From an uncultured delta proteobacterium (lineage in GTDB: Bacteria > Myxococcota_A > Polyangia > Fen-1088), in assembly GCA_963737265.1 (NCBI GenBank), contig CAVTRY010000011.1, forward strand, positions 864,001 through 928,000: a DNA stretch of 64,000 nt, given 5' to 3'. This document shows, in pieces, positions 1 to 10,539 of the stretch. The number at the start of each line of letters is the position of its first letter. Within the stretch, counting starts at the first letter, position 1. The position numbers and the translations under genes are program-made. The notes below the pieces were generated by a model. It saw nothing but the letters and a program-made list of their open reading frames with translations, was not told where the DNA came from and searched no databases.

Positions 1-92
1 CCACACCTACTGGTGTCACCGCAATTCCGAAATTGCGCTGCGATCGCCCTTGATTCGCGGGCGGTCATTGACATACGCTTTGGCGCAAGCTC

Positions 93-635
93 GTGCGTAT
101 CCCTCTTCTCGTTGTTCTGTCACTGATTCCTCCGACCCTGATCGGCTCCCTGGTGTGGAATGGCAGACGGGTTCTGCCCGCCGAACACGCGACAGGCCAA
201 GCACGGTCGACCGGTCAGGAGGCGGACGCGGCGTTGAAGTCTCTGTTCGAAACGCCGCTTACCGGCGCCAAGGTCAAGGAGAAGGTCGCGCTTTACGACG
301 AAAAGGGCCTGTTCGATTACATCGACGGCGCCGCGCCGATTTTCATCGAACGCCACTTCCGCAAGCTGGCCGCGACGGAAATGGCGACGCCCGAAGGTAG
401 CGACCTGGTGTGCGACGTCTACGATATGGGCAGCGGCGAGAACGCCCTATCCATCTTCACCGCTGAAAAATCGGCCAACGCCAAGGTTGTCGAAGGATGG
501 CCCGAGGCCATCGCCGGCTCGATGTCTTTCGTGTTCCATAACGGCCGGTATTACACGAAAATGACGGCATTTGATGCCAAGGCCGAAGCTGCCCTGCCCT
601 TGGTGGCGCGAGCGCTCAAGGAGAAGATGAAATGA
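93..635 (+). CDS. Exported/membrane-anchored protein, DUF6599-like
   Basis: Hydrophobic N-terminus; LFDYIDGAA and DVYDMG motifs; 4-nt overlap with the next gene. Confidence 0.65.
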   Translation: MRIPLLVVLSLIPPTLIGSLVWNGRRVLPAEHATGQARSTGQEADAALKSLFETPLTGAKVKEKVALYDEKGLFDYIDGAAPIFIERHFRKLAATEMATPEGSDLVCDVYDMGSGENALSIFTAEKSANAKVVEGWPEAIAGSMSFVFHNGRYYTKMTAFDAKAEAALPLVARALKEKMK

Positions 636-1678
636 GTGACCGCGATCTGCCGCCAAGCAAGGATGTCGTTCCCGAGGCGCGGCTGCGCGCGGGCGCGACG
701 AAAAACGAAAAGGCTCCCGAGGAAATGGATCGGCGTGCGCTCTTGCGCGTGGGCATGACCACGGCCATCGCGGGGGGTGCCGTGGCGCTCGGCCTGACCC
801 TGCGGGCGCGCGACGGTCACGAGAAAAACAGGGTTCTTCCCAAGCTCAGAGATCACCGCATCGCCAAGATTCAAGGTGCCGTGGAAATGGCCATCGCACG
901 CGGTTCGGATCCCACGCAAAACGTCCGGCGCGCCGTCGAGGCCATGGGCGGCATGGGCCGCTTCGTGCAGCGCGGCGAACGGGTGGTCGTCAAACCCAAC
1001 ATCGGATGGAATCGCCTGCCCGAGCAGGCCGCCAACACCAATCCCGATGTTGTGGCCGAGGTGGTCCGGTTGGTGGCGGCCGCTGGCGCGTCGAAGATTT
1101 GGGTTACCGATGCCTCGGTGAACACGGCCGAGCAGTGCTTCGCTCGGTCTGGCATCGAGAAGGCCGCCAAGGCCGCGGGCGCCACGGTCGTGCGGCCCGA
1201 CACCACCGCGTTTCGCGAGGTCGACGTCTCGGGCAAATTGCTTCGCGTCGCCGATATCCTGTTTCCCTTCGTCGAGGCCGACCGCGTGATCAACGTGCCG
1301 GTCGTCAAGCAGCACGGGCTTTCGGGCGCCACCATGGCGATGAAGAACTGGTACGGCATGCTGGGCGGACAGCGCGTGAAGCTGCACCAAAACATCCATC
1401 TCTCCATCGTCGACCTGGCGAGCATGATCAAACCCACGCTCACCATCATGGATGCCACGCGCATTTTGCTCGCCAACGGTCCGACCGGCGGCAGCCTCTC
1501 CGATGTGAAAATGATGAACACCATCGCCGTCAGCAGCGACGAAGTCGCGCTCGACGCCTTCGGCGCCAGCCTACTGGGACTTTCGCCCAGCGACCTCGGC
1601 TTTATCGTCGAGGGCGCGAAGGCGGGCCTTGGCACGCCCGTTTGGAAGAACCTCAAGACCGAAGAATTGGGAGGATAG
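632..1678 (+). CDS. DUF362 domain-containing protein
   Basis: Tat-like DRRALL leader; VVVKPNIGW...ANTNPDVV, INVPVVKQH and MKNWYG motifs. Confidence 0.85.
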   Translation: MSDRDLPPSKDVVPEARLRAGATKNEKAPEEMDRRALLRVGMTTAIAGGAVALGLTLRARDGHEKNRVLPKLRDHRIAKIQGAVEMAIARGSDPTQNVRRAVEAMGGMGRFVQRGERVVVKPNIGWNRLPEQAANTNPDVVAEVVRLVAAAGASKIWVTDASVNTAEQCFARSGIEKAAKAAGATVVRPDTTAFREVDVSGKLLRVADILFPFVEADRVINVPVVKQHGLSGATMAMKNWYGMLGGQRVKLHQNIHLSIVDLASMIKPTLTIMDATRILLANGPTGGSLSDVKMMNTIAVSSDEVALDAFGASLLGLSPSDLGFIVEGAKAGLGTPVWKNLKTEELGG

Positions 1679-1680
1679 GC

Positions 1681-3189
1681 ATGTTTCTGTGGTTGCGCCG
1701 CTCCTACCAAGTCGTTTTTCTCGGTTTTTTTCTGTTCCTGATTTTCGCCGCCACCTCGCTCTACATCCGCGGCTACGACGTTCAGTGGTTCCTCGAGCTC
1801 GATCCACTGGTCGCGCTCACCACCGCGCTTTCATCCCACGTTCTTCACCACGCGTTGTGCTGGTCGCTGCCGCTCATCGTTCTCACGCTGGTTTTTGGGC
1901 GCTTCTTTTGTAGCTGGATGTGTCCCATGGGCGTGCTCCATCACGTCCTTGGCTACCTCGGTCGCAAGCGCAAGGTCCTTGATCGCGTAAAGCAGAACAA
2001 CCCGAGACCTTCGCGCAAGGTCAAATACGCCATACTTGCCGTCATGCTCGGGCTGGCGGCCGCTGGCAGCACGCAGATCGGGCTGCTCGACCCCATCGCG
2101 TCTACCTGGCGCGGTCTTTCCGTTTCGGTGCTGCCCGCGGCCAGCAATACCGCCTTCGGGCTTTACCAGGGCGAGCGCCACTTCCAGTGGGGCACGTTCG
2201 TCGCCATCGTATTCTTCGGCGCGCTGGCGCTGAATTTCGTCTATCCGCGCTTCTACTGCCGCGTTCTGTGCCCACTCGGCGCCTTCCTCGGCGTTCTGTC
2301 GAAATTCTCGCTCTTCCGCATCAGCAAGGATCCCAAGATCTGCAACGAATGCGAGGTGTGCGGGGCCGACTGCCAAGGGGCCGCCGATCCGCAGGGCACC
2401 GTGATGGCGACCGAGTGCATGGTCTGCCTCAACTGCACCAAGGGCTGCAAACGCGGTGGCCTCGCCTATCGCTTCTTGCCTCCGGTCACGCTGTCCACGA
2501 CCGAAACCGATCTCTCGCGGCGCAAGTGGCTTGGCGCCGGCGTGGCTGGCATGGCAGCGGTTCCGCTCATGCGCGCATCGGACGGTGTGGATCCGCGCCC
2601 CAACCCGGCCCGCATTCGCCCGCCCGGCGCGCTCGACGAGCCCGATTTCCTCGCCAAATGTCTCAAGTGCGACGCCTGCATGAAGGTCTGCCCTACCAGC
2701 GCTTTGCAGCCGGCGCTTCACGAGGCCGGCCTCGAAGGCTTCTGGTCCCCAATTCTTGTCGCGCGCCTGGGCTACTGCGAACACAGCTGCACCCTGTGCG
2801 GCCAAGTTTGCCCCACCGGCGCTATCAAACATCTGACGGTCGCGGAAAAGGTGGGCGACATGCCGGCCAAGCCGCCGGTGCGCATCGGCTCCGCTTGCTT
2901 CGACAAGGGACGCTGCCTGCCTTGGGGATACGAGACCGAATGCATCGTGTGCGAAGAGGTCTGCCCCACCTCGCCCAAGGCCATCTACTTCAAAGTCGAA
3001 ACCATCACGGCGCGCGACGGCAGCCAGAAGACCCTGAAATTTCCTCACGTCGACCTCGACCATTGCACCGGATGCGGCACGTGTGAAAATCGCTGTCCAG
3101 TCGTGGATCGCGCCGGCGTACGCGTCAGCGCGGCCAACGAAAGCCGCACATCCAAGAGCAGCATGTCCCTGACCGGCGGCAAGATTTAG
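1681..3189 (+). CDS. Membrane 4Fe-4S binding polyferredoxin (NapH/MauN plus NapG/MauM-like)
   Basis: GRFFCSWMCPMG, RFYCRVLCPLG, RPPGA and several CxxCxxCxxxCP motifs; ATG at 1681 follows GGAGGA; the track ORF from 1006 is over-extended. Confidence 0.85.
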   Translation: MFLWLRRSYQVVFLGFFLFLIFAATSLYIRGYDVQWFLELDPLVALTTALSSHVLHHALCWSLPLIVLTLVFGRFFCSWMCPMGVLHHVLGYLGRKRKVLDRVKQNNPRPSRKVKYAILAVMLGLAAAGSTQIGLLDPIASTWRGLSVSVLPAASNTAFGLYQGERHFQWGTFVAIVFFGALALNFVYPRFYCRVLCPLGAFLGVLSKFSLFRISKDPKICNECEVCGADCQGAADPQGTVMATECMVCLNCTKGCKRGGLAYRFLPPVTLSTTETDLSRRKWLGAGVAGMAAVPLMRASDGVDPRPNPARIRPPGALDEPDFLAKCLKCDACMKVCPTSALQPALHEAGLEGFWSPILVARLGYCEHSCTLCGQVCPTGAIKHLTVAEKVGDMPAKPPVRIGSACFDKGRCLPWGYETECIVCEEVCPTSPKAIYFKVETITARDGSQKTLKFPHVDLDHCTGCGTCENRCPVVDRAGVRVSAANESRTSKSSMSLTGGKI

Positions 3190-3216
3190 ATTGCCAGAAG
3201 GCCCGACGCCTTCGTG

Positions 3217-3453
3217 CTACCGTTTCGTGTGGCTACCGTCGCAAAACGGCTTGTTGCGCGACTGCTTGCAGCCGCACAGAACCGCTTGACCAATGTCGGT
3301 CTGGGCGATCTTGACGGGAGAAAAAAGCGTCCCCCGATGGGAGCCATCGCAGAAGGGCTGGCGCGCCGATCGGCCGCAAGCACACCAATAGTAGTCCCCG
3401 CGTTCCAGCTTGACGACGTAGGGTTGCTTTCGCGCACCGACCGGGTCACTCAT
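3217..3453 (-). CDS. CDGSH iron-sulfur domain protein
   Basis: Two motifs: WCACGRS..QPFCDGSH and LCGCKQS..KPFCDGSH. Confidence 0.9.
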   Translation of the reverse strand: MSDPVGARKQPYVVKLERGDYYWCACGRSARQPFCDGSHRGTLFSPVKIAQTDIGQAVLCGCKQSRNKPFCDGSHTKR

Positions 3454-3553
3454 CGCAACAGCTCCCGTCGAGTATGGCAGGTCGCCTACCGAGAACAACT
3501 CGAATTGGTCGACGACATCGCATTCACGATGTAGATTCCAGGGCAAGCGGGAC

Positions 3554-4720
3554 ATGGGCTGCTACGTAACAGTTCGAACCGACATCGGCGTCCTCGCGCT
3601 GGGTTTCAGCGAGCGCGGTCTCTCTCGGGTGCTGCTGCCCAGTGCACACTGGACCGATCTCAAGCCAGCCGACCTTGCCGCCGCCGGATTCAAGACCGAG
3701 ACGCAAGCACCGCCCGAAATTGCCGCCTTGGCTCGGGGACTCCAGGCGCACCTTGCGGGCGATGTTCGGGACTTCTCGAAGGCGCCGCTCGACACCGGCG
3801 GTATTTCCCCATTCCTGTTGCAAGTGCAGCGCGCTGCCCAGGCGATTCCGCCGGGACAGACGCAAACCTACGGTGAGCTCGCGTCCTCGGCTGGTGTGCC
3901 AAGCGCCGTCCGCGCCGCGGGCCGTGCCATGTCCGCCAATCGATTTCCCATCATCGTTCCCTGCCACCGCGTGGTCGCCCGCTCAGGTTTTGGCGAATAT
4001 TCGGCGGCCAGCGGCGTGCACACCAAGCTGCGTCTCCTCTGGCGCGAGGGCTACCGCGGCCGAACGTCGAACGTTTCCTTCGACGAACGCAAAGCCATCG
4101 CGCACTTGCGGGCCGCCGACCCGCGCCTCGCCGATTTGATCGACCGCGCCGGCCCGTTCACCATGCAGGCCACGTCGCCGCGTCCGCGCGGTGGCGCGCA
4201 GCCTTTCTCGGTCCTGGCCAGCGCCATCATCGCACAGCAGCTTTCAGGCAAGGCGGCTGCGACGATTCACAGCCGCGTGGCCGCGTTGCTAGGCAGCGAT
4301 CGCGTCGACGATGCCCAGGCCGTGCTCGCTTTCCCAAAGGCAAAGCTGCGCCAAGCTGGTCTTTCGGAGAACAAGGCGCTGTCGCTGCTGGAGCTCGCCC
4401 GCCACGCGACCTCGGGAGCCCTGCCAACCCGCGCCGCCATGGAAAAGCTGTCCGACGATGACATCATCGAACGCCTCACCCAAGTCCGCGGTATCGGTCG
4501 CTGGAGCGCACAGATGTTGCTGATGTTCTACCTTGGCCGCCCCGACGTTCTGCCGGTGTCGGATCTCGGCGTTCAGAAAGGCCTTGCTGCCGCCTATCGC
4601 AGCCGCTCGCTGCCAAGCGAAAAGACATTACTGCGAGCAGCGCGCGCCTGGTCACCGTACGCGACGGTCGCCAGTTGGTATCTGTGGCGAGCGGTCGAGC
4701 TCGCGGCCTACTCCGCCTAG
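3554..4720 (+). CDS. Fusion of O6-methylguanine-DNA methyltransferase (Ogt) and AlkA-family 3-methyladenine glycosylase
   Basis: IPPGQTQTYGELA and PCHRV in the N-half; IAQQLSGKAA, VRGIGRWSAQM, LPVSDLGV (HhH-GPD) in the C-half. Confidence 0.88.
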   Translation: MGCYVTVRTDIGVLALGFSERGLSRVLLPSAHWTDLKPADLAAAGFKTETQAPPEIAALARGLQAHLAGDVRDFSKAPLDTGGISPFLLQVQRAAQAIPPGQTQTYGELASSAGVPSAVRAAGRAMSANRFPIIVPCHRVVARSGFGEYSAASGVHTKLRLLWREGYRGRTSNVSFDERKAIAHLRAADPRLADLIDRAGPFTMQATSPRPRGGAQPFSVLASAIIAQQLSGKAAATIHSRVAALLGSDRVDDAQAVLAFPKAKLRQAGLSENKALSLLELARHATSGALPTRAAMEKLSDDDIIERLTQVRGIGRWSAQMLLMFYLGRPDVLPVSDLGVQKGLAAAYRSRSLPSEKTLLRAARAWSPYATVASWYLWRAVELAAYSA

Positions 4721-4974
4721 CGGGGAGATAGGGTGCATGGGCGGAAAGTCGGGGTTGTCGTGACGAAGCTCGATTTGTGGAACGCCCAAGACGATGTCCG
4801 GTCGGCGAAACTTCGTCGAGCGCTCGCTGCCGCTTTCGTTGTAGACAATCCCGATGTCTGGTCGCAACGATCCGTGCCCCCACGAGAACCAGGAAGAGCC
4901 CGGCCGGCGATTCGACTTCAGCGGCATCCGGCGCGATCTCGGTCTCGGGTAGGCGGCCCTAAGGCGGCTCTGGT

Positions 4975-6558
4975 CTAGAGGTTCTCGATCTTCTTGAAGC
5001 GCGGGACCAACATCTTCATCACCGACCAGGCGACGACGTACGCGAGCGCGCAAACCCCGAACATAATGGCATACGACGTTGTCATCTCGGACAGAACCAA
5101 TCGCGTTTCTAGCAACTTGAGTTGGACGAATGCGTCGGCGTTGATCGACTGCAGCTGAAAGACGACTTCCTTGGGGAGGCTGCCGAGCTCGGCCTTGTTC
5201 AGATCGATCACGCTGCCGTGCTTGTTGATCAGGTGCAAAGAGAGAATCTGGTCGAGGTACGCGCCGAGCGTGCCGGTTTTCGCCTCGGCCCAGGTCTTGG
5301 CAATGCCGGCCTGCCGATAGGCATCGAAGAGCCAGCCACCCGACTTGTTGATAAGAATGCCGCCCAGGCCGCCAAACATCCCGCCGATACCGGTGACCGA
5401 AGCCACGGATCTCTTCGGGAACATGTCCGAAACCGTGGTGAACAGGTTGGCCGACCAGGCTTGGTGCGCGGATGCGCCGATGCCGATGAGCAGCACCGGC
5501 ACCCAATAGCTGTGGCCGCCGAGGGGCTGGGCCAGCAACACCACGAGAGGAAACAGGGCGATCACGAACATCGCCCGCACGCGTCCCGCGTACGGCTCAT
5601 AGCCACGGTTGATGAAGAACATGGGAAACCAGCCGCCGCCGATGCTTCCGACGCAGGTCATGGTGTAAAGCACGGCGATGGGCAAGGCGATCTGCGTCCC
5701 CGTCATCGCATACTGCGCCTTGAGATAAGCCGGCAGCCAGAAGAGGAAGAACCACCACACGCCGTCGGTCATGAACTTGCCGAAGGCAAAAGACCACGTC
5801 TGGCGAAACGTCAATAGCTTGCCCCATTCGACATACCAGGGGATCTCAGGCTGATTGGAGGAGGCGGCTGCTGCCTTTGCGTCGGCGGCTTTCGCGTCGG
5901 CGGCCTGCTCGTCCGCGTCGCTGTGAATGTAGTCAAACTCCGCTTTGCCCAGTCGTTTCTGCTTCGCCGGGGCGGCGTAGAGCCAGAACCAGAAGATCAG
6001 CCACAGAAAACCAACGCCGCCCACGACGACGAACGCACCCTGCCAGCCAAAGTGTTTCGCAATCCCGGGCACCGTGAGCGGTGCCAAGATCGCCCCCACG
6101 TTGGTGCCGGAGTTGAAGATCCCCGTCGCGAGCGAGCGTTCGCGCTTGGGAAACCATTCGGCGGTTGTCTTGATCGCCGAGGGAAAGTTCCCCGACTCGC
6201 CGAACCCAAGCACCGCCCGGGCGAACATGAACCCGCCGGTCCCCTTGGAGAATGCGTGCAAGACCGCGCCGACCGACCAGATGACCAGCGCCCAAGCATA
6301 CCCCGCCTTGGTGCCGAGCCAATCGATGATGCGACCTGCGAACAGCATGGAAATCGCATACACGAACTGAAACACCATGACGATGTTGGCGTAGTCGGTG
6401 TCGCTCCAGTTGAATTCGATCTCAAGGTCGGCCTTGAGCAGGCTGAGAACCTGCCGGTCGAGGTAGTTGACGGTCGTGGCAAAGAAGAGCAACGCACAGA
6501 TCGTCCACCTGTACTTCCCGAGCTTCTCATTGATTCTTCTCAAATTTTCCATGGGCAT
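4975..6558 (-). CDS. exuT: MFS hexuronate transporter (ExuT-like)
   Basis: RWTICALLFFATTVNYLDRQ, GESGNFP, EWFPKRER, HQAWSAN; located in the uronate cluster. Confidence 0.85.
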   Translation of the reverse strand: MPMENLRRINEKLGKYRWTICALLFFATTVNYLDRQVLSLLKADLEIEFNWSDTDYANIVMVFQFVYAISMLFAGRIIDWLGTKAGYAWALVIWSVGAVLHAFSKGTGGFMFARAVLGFGESGNFPSAIKTTAEWFPKRERSLATGIFNSGTNVGAILAPLTVPGIAKHFGWQGAFVVVGGVGFLWLIFWFWLYAAPAKQKRLGKAEFDYIHSDADEQAADAKAADAKAAAASSNQPEIPWYVEWGKLLTFRQTWSFAFGKFMTDGVWWFFLFWLPAYLKAQYAMTGTQIALPIAVLYTMTCVGSIGGGWFPMFFINRGYEPYAGRVRAMFVIALFPLVVLLAQPLGGHSYWVPVLLIGIGASAHQAWSANLFTTVSDMFPKRSVASVTGIGGMFGGLGGILINKSGGWLFDAYRQAGIAKTWAEAKTGTLGAYLDQILSLHLINKHGSVIDLNKAELGSLPKEVVFQLQSINADAFVQLKLLETRLVLSEMTTSYAIMFGVCALAYVVAWSVMKMLVPRFKKIENL

Positions 6559-6687
6559 TGACCGGGGTGTGAAGGAGAAGACCAAAGGCGACCAGGTGGC
6601 GACGACTGTGCTTGTTCACTACCAGGGGATTGTGCTGGGCAAAGGGGCCAGCATCGGCCGATTCGAGGTCATGGCCCGTCGGCGACG

Positions 6688-7770
6688 TCAGCGCTGAATT
6701 CTCGCCGAGCCGCCCTTGGCGAATGCTTTCACCTGCTCCAGAGTGACCATGGTCGTGTCGCCCGGGGTTGTGGTCAGCAGCGCGCCGTGCGCCCACCCCA
6801 GCTTGAGCGCCTCTTCCGGCGCTTCGCCCGTTAGCAGCCCGTAGAAAAGGCCGCTGGCGAAGCCGTCGCCACCGCCCACCCGATCATGGACATCGAGGTC
6901 GCAGGTCGGCGAGGTGTATGTCTTTCCATTCATCCACGCCACCGCGCCCCAGCTGTGGCGATTGGTCGAGTGAACTTCACGCAGGGTCGTCACCACGACC
7001 TTCACCTGAGGATACTTCGTCGTCACTTTGTCGATCATCGAGAAAAACGCGCTCGAATCGAGCTTGGACTTCTTCTCGACGTCCTGACCGGAAATTCCCA
7101 GGCCTTTTTGCAAATCCTCCTCGTTGCCCACGAGCACGTCGGCGTTGGCCACGATGCGCGAAACAACCTCGACGGCCTTTTGCTGGCCACCCCAGATGTT
7201 CCACAGCTTCTCGCGAAAGTTGAGGTCGAAGCTGCAGATGGCGCCCGCTTGTTTGGCGGCCTTCATGCCTTCGATGATGGTCTCGCCAGTCGTCTCGGAC
7301 AGCGAGGCGAAGATGCCGCCGCTGTGAAACCACCGGATGCCGTTCTTGAAAATCGCCGCCCAGTCGAAGTCGCCCGGCTTGAGCTGCGCGGCCGCCTCGT
7401 TGCTGCGGTTGTAGAACACCACCGGCGCCCGCACGCCCAAACCGCGATCGCTGTAGACCGTCGCCATGTTGGGACCGTTGACGCCGTTGTGCTTGAAGCG
7501 CTTGTAGAATGGGGTGACGCCCATGGCACGAACCCGCTCGTGGATGAGGTCGCCGATGGGATAGTCGACCATCGCCGTCGCGATGCCCGTGCTCAGGCGA
7601 AAACAGTCGGCCAGGTTCGCAGCGGCGTTGAACTCACCGCCGCTGACGTGGATCTGGCAGCTATTCGCCTTGCGCCAGGGAACGATGCCGGGATCCAGCC
7701 GGTTCACGAGGGCGCCAATGGAAAGAAAATCGAGGCCACCTGCTGGACGAATGGTCAATCCGCTGCTCAT
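6688..7770 (-). CDS. PfkB-family sugar-acid kinase (KdgK-like)
   Basis: GGEFNAA, FDLNFREKLW, DRVGGGDGF motifs. Confidence 0.85.
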   Translation of the reverse strand: MSSGLTIRPAGGLDFLSIGALVNRLDPGIVPWRKANSCQIHVSGGEFNAAANLADCFRLSTGIATAMVDYPIGDLIHERVRAMGVTPFYKRFKHNGVNGPNMATVYSDRGLGVRAPVVFYNRSNEAAAQLKPGDFDWAAIFKNGIRWFHSGGIFASLSETTGETIIEGMKAAKQAGAICSFDLNFREKLWNIWGGQQKAVEVVSRIVANADVLVGNEEDLQKGLGISGQDVEKKSKLDSSAFFSMIDKVTTKYPQVKVVVTTLREVHSTNRHSWGAVAWMNGKTYTSPTCDLDVHDRVGGGDGFASGLFYGLLTGEAPEEALKLGWAHGALLTTTPGDTTMVTLEQVKAFAKGGSARIQR

Positions 7771-7804
7771 GTCGTTCGCTCCTTACAAATCGCTGTTGGT
7801 CGAT

Positions 7805-9079
7805 CTAAACGGGGCCCGCGCTGGCCCCATCCTTCAGTCGATACAAAACCTGTCCGGCTTCCTCGACGACGAGGGTCTCGTCATCCTCTTTCCAGCGTTC
7901 GATGTCGATCGCCTTCACCTCGCGGTAGGCGAGATTGATGCTTTCGCAAGTTTCCTTGGGGATGCTGGTGGCCAGGGTCACCGTGATGCGCGGGCGTTCG
8001 ATGCCGCCGTCGAACCCGCCGATGCCTTTGACGTTGGTGGAATGGGCCAAAATCAGCTTGGATTCGTGGGCAAAGCGATCCCACTGCTTCACGAAGTAGT
8101 CGCGCACGTGGTAGCCGACGCGCGCAATGTCCTTGCCGTGCATGAACGAGATGGCTTTGACATGCGGCCCGTGGATGATGAGCTCGCCGCCATCGGCCAC
8201 GACCGGTTCGAGCTTGTACATCGCCTTGCCCGCGACCCATACCTCCTCGTAAATCGGCGGCGTCAGCCCGAGCACGCGCTTGACCGGCTTGTCGAGATAC
8301 TTGATATGCAGCCGCGAAGAATAGTCGGCCGCCCGCGACCACGCTTCTTCGGGCGTGCCGGCGAACAGACAAGCCAATTGATGGTGGTCGTCCACGACGA
8401 AGGCGAAACAGGTTCGCGGCGTCTTGAGAAACTGGACGACACGATCGATCACCCGGCGGGTCGGCGTGTCCTTCACGCCGTTGACCACCGGGTTGGTGAT
8501 CACCGCCGCTAGCCAGTGAAACTTCTCGACCACATCGAGACCCGCGATGCCGGGGAAGAAATATTTGTTGCCGCCGGCGAAGCCCATCGCTTCGTGAGGT
8601 ACCACGGGTGAGACGATGAGGATGTGATCGTGCTCGGTCGCCTTGCGGTTGATGGTAACGGGGATGTCCTGCGAAAACAGGCCTTGGGTAAGCTGCGCCA
8701 CTTCCTCGCCCGGCAGCGTTCCCAGCGAAACAAGCTCGTCGAGCTTCTGGTGTTCGTGGTTGAAGAAGCGCACCTTGGGATACTTCTGCGCGTGCTCGGA
8801 CGCCGTGAGGCCGGTGTGGCGATAGAGCCGCTCCGGCTCCATCGCCGCATGCGTTCCCGTCGCCACCATGTAATCGAGCGCGGCCACGCGCGGCGCAAGG
8901 AGATCGCTGAGGACGTGAAAGAAGAGGTCGATGGGCGCATGCCGCGTGTGATCGGGAATGAGCACGAGAACCCGTTTCCCGTCGAGCGGCAGATCGGTAA
9001 CTGCTGCCTCGCAGATGTCTTTCACATCCTTCGGCGCAAGCCGCTTCTCCATCGATCCGTGACCGTACAACTTCGTCAT
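7805..9079 (-). CDS. LarA (lactate racemase) family protein, probable mannonate/gluconate 2-epimerase (GntE-like)
   Basis: IPDHTR, ATGTH, PHEAMGFAGGNKYFFPG motifs; specificity inferred from gene context. Confidence 0.8.
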   Translation of the reverse strand: MTKLYGHGSMEKRLAPKDVKDICEAAVTDLPLDGKRVLVLIPDHTRHAPIDLFFHVLSDLLAPRVAALDYMVATGTHAAMEPERLYRHTGLTASEHAQKYPKVRFFNHEHQKLDELVSLGTLPGEEVAQLTQGLFSQDIPVTINRKATEHDHILIVSPVVPHEAMGFAGGNKYFFPGIAGLDVVEKFHWLAAVITNPVVNGVKDTPTRRVIDRVVQFLKTPRTCFAFVVDDHHQLACLFAGTPEEAWSRAADYSSRLHIKYLDKPVKRVLGLTPPIYEEVWVAGKAMYKLEPVVADGGELIIHGPHVKAISFMHGKDIARVGYHVRDYFVKQWDRFAHESKLILAHSTNVKGIGGFDGGIERPRITVTLATSIPKETCESINLAYREVKAIDIERWKEDDETLVVEEAGQVLYRLKDGASAGPV

Positions 9080-9115
9080 ACCTCAGCCCCTCCCGTCAGA
9101 CGCCAACAGCAAAAA

Positions 9116-10531
9116 CTAGGCGGTCCATTGCGTGTGGAACTTGCCTTCCCTATCGACCCGTTGATAGGTGTGCGCGCCAAAGTAGTCCCGCTGGGCTTGC
9201 AAAAGATTCGCTGGAAGCACCGCCGAGCGGTAGCCGTCGTAGTACGACAGGGCGCTCATGAACGCGGGAACCGCGATTCCGTTTTCGGCCGCCAGGGCGA
9301 CCACCTTGCGCCAGTCCTGGTGGTAGGCCGTCATGACCCCGGTAAAATAGGGATCGAGGAGTAGATTCGCAAGCCCCGGATCGCGGCCGTAGGCTTCCTT
9401 GATTCGCCCTAGAAATTGCGCCCGGATAATGCATCCAGCGCGCCACAGCGACGAGATGGTGCCGAACTGAAGATTCCAGTGGTGCTCTTGATCCGCGGTG
9501 CGCAGCAGCTGAAACCCCTGCGCATAGGAGCAGATCTTCGAGCTAAACAGTGCCTTTCGGATCATCTCGACGAATTCCGATTTGTTTCCGGTGAAGGTCG
9601 GCTTCGGCCCGCCAAGCACGGTGGACGCGGCCACGCGCTCCTTCTTGACCGCGCTGAGGGTGCGCGCAAATACCGCGTCGGCGATGGTGGGTGCCGGCAC
9701 GCCCAAATCCAAGGAGACCTGGCTGGTCCACTTGCCGGTGCCCTTTTGCTCGGCCGTGTCTAAGATGACGTCGACCATCGGTTCGTTGGTTTCGGGATCC
9801 TTCTTGGCCAAAATCTCGGCGGTGATCGACACCAGGTAGCTGCTTAGCTCGCCCTTGTTCCAATCGGCGAACACCTGGCTCATTTCCTCCGCCGACAGTC
9901 CCAGAAGCCGCTGCATGAGGAAGAATGCCTCGCAGATCACCTGCATGTCGGCGTACTCGATGCCATTGTGAACCATCTTGACGAAATGGCCGGCACCGCC
10001 GCTGCCGATCCACTCACAACAAGGCGCACCGTCGTCCGCCTTGGCCGCGATGGCCTGCAAGATCGGCTTGACCAGGGGCCACGCCTCGGGATTGCCGCCG
10101 GGCATGATGGAAGGGCCGTGCAAGGCGCCCTCTTCGCCACCGCTGACACCAGTGCCGATGAAATAGATTCCCGAGCCCTGCAGCTCTTTGATTCGGCGAT
10201 CGGTGTCGGAGAAGAGCGTGTTGCCACCGTCGATGAGAATGTCGCCCGCTTTCAGGCGCGGGCGCAGATCGGCGATGACCGCGTCGACGGCTTTCCCCGC
10301 CGGAACCATCATGAGCAAGCGGCGCGGAACTTCCAGGTTGTCGACGAACTCGGCCACCGTGCGCGCCGCCACGACCCTTTTCCCCTGGGTTCGCGCCACA
10401 AAATTGTCGACCTTCTTCGGGTCGACATCGAAACCGACGACGGAAAAGCCGCGGCTCTCGATATTGAGCGCGAGGTTCTCGCCCATCACGCCGAGACCCA
10501 CCATTCCGAAACTCTGTTTTGCCATGGTCAT
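9116..10531 (-). CDS. gnd: 6-phosphogluconate dehydrogenase, NADP-dependent
   Basis: [42 protein letters not shown]. Confidence 0.95.
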   Translation of the reverse strand: MTMAKQSFGMVGLGVMGENLALNIESRGFSVVGFDVDPKKVDNFVARTQGKRVVAARTVAEFVDNLEVPRRLLMMVPAGKAVDAVIADLRPRLKAGDILIDGGNTLFSDTDRRIKELQGSGIYFIGTGVSGGEEGALHGPSIMPGGNPEAWPLVKPILQAIAAKADDGAPCCEWIGSGGAGHFVKMVHNGIEYADMQVICEAFFLMQRLLGLSAEEMSQVFADWNKGELSSYLVSITAEILAKKDPETNEPMVDVILDTAEQKGTGKWTSQVSLDLGVPAPTIADAVFARTLSAVKKERVAASTVLGGPKPTFTGNKSEFVEMIRKALFSSKICSYAQGFQLLRTADQEHHWNLQFGTISSLWRAGCIIRAQFLGRIKEAYGRDPGLANLLLDPYFTGVMTAYHQDWRKVVALAAENGIAVPAFMSALSYYDGYRSAVLPANLLQAQRDYFGAHTYQRVDREGKFHTQWTA

Positions 10532-10539
10532 TCTTCCTT

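Noticed and set aside
1006-1680. N-terminal extension of the 727-aa ORF 1006-3189
   Set aside because: It overlaps the DUF362 gene out of frame and is Arg-rich; the real start is the ATG at 1681 after an RBS
4733-4978. 81-aa ORF between the Ogt-AlkA fusion and exuT
   Set aside because: No motif or clear RBS; cannot be supported as a gene
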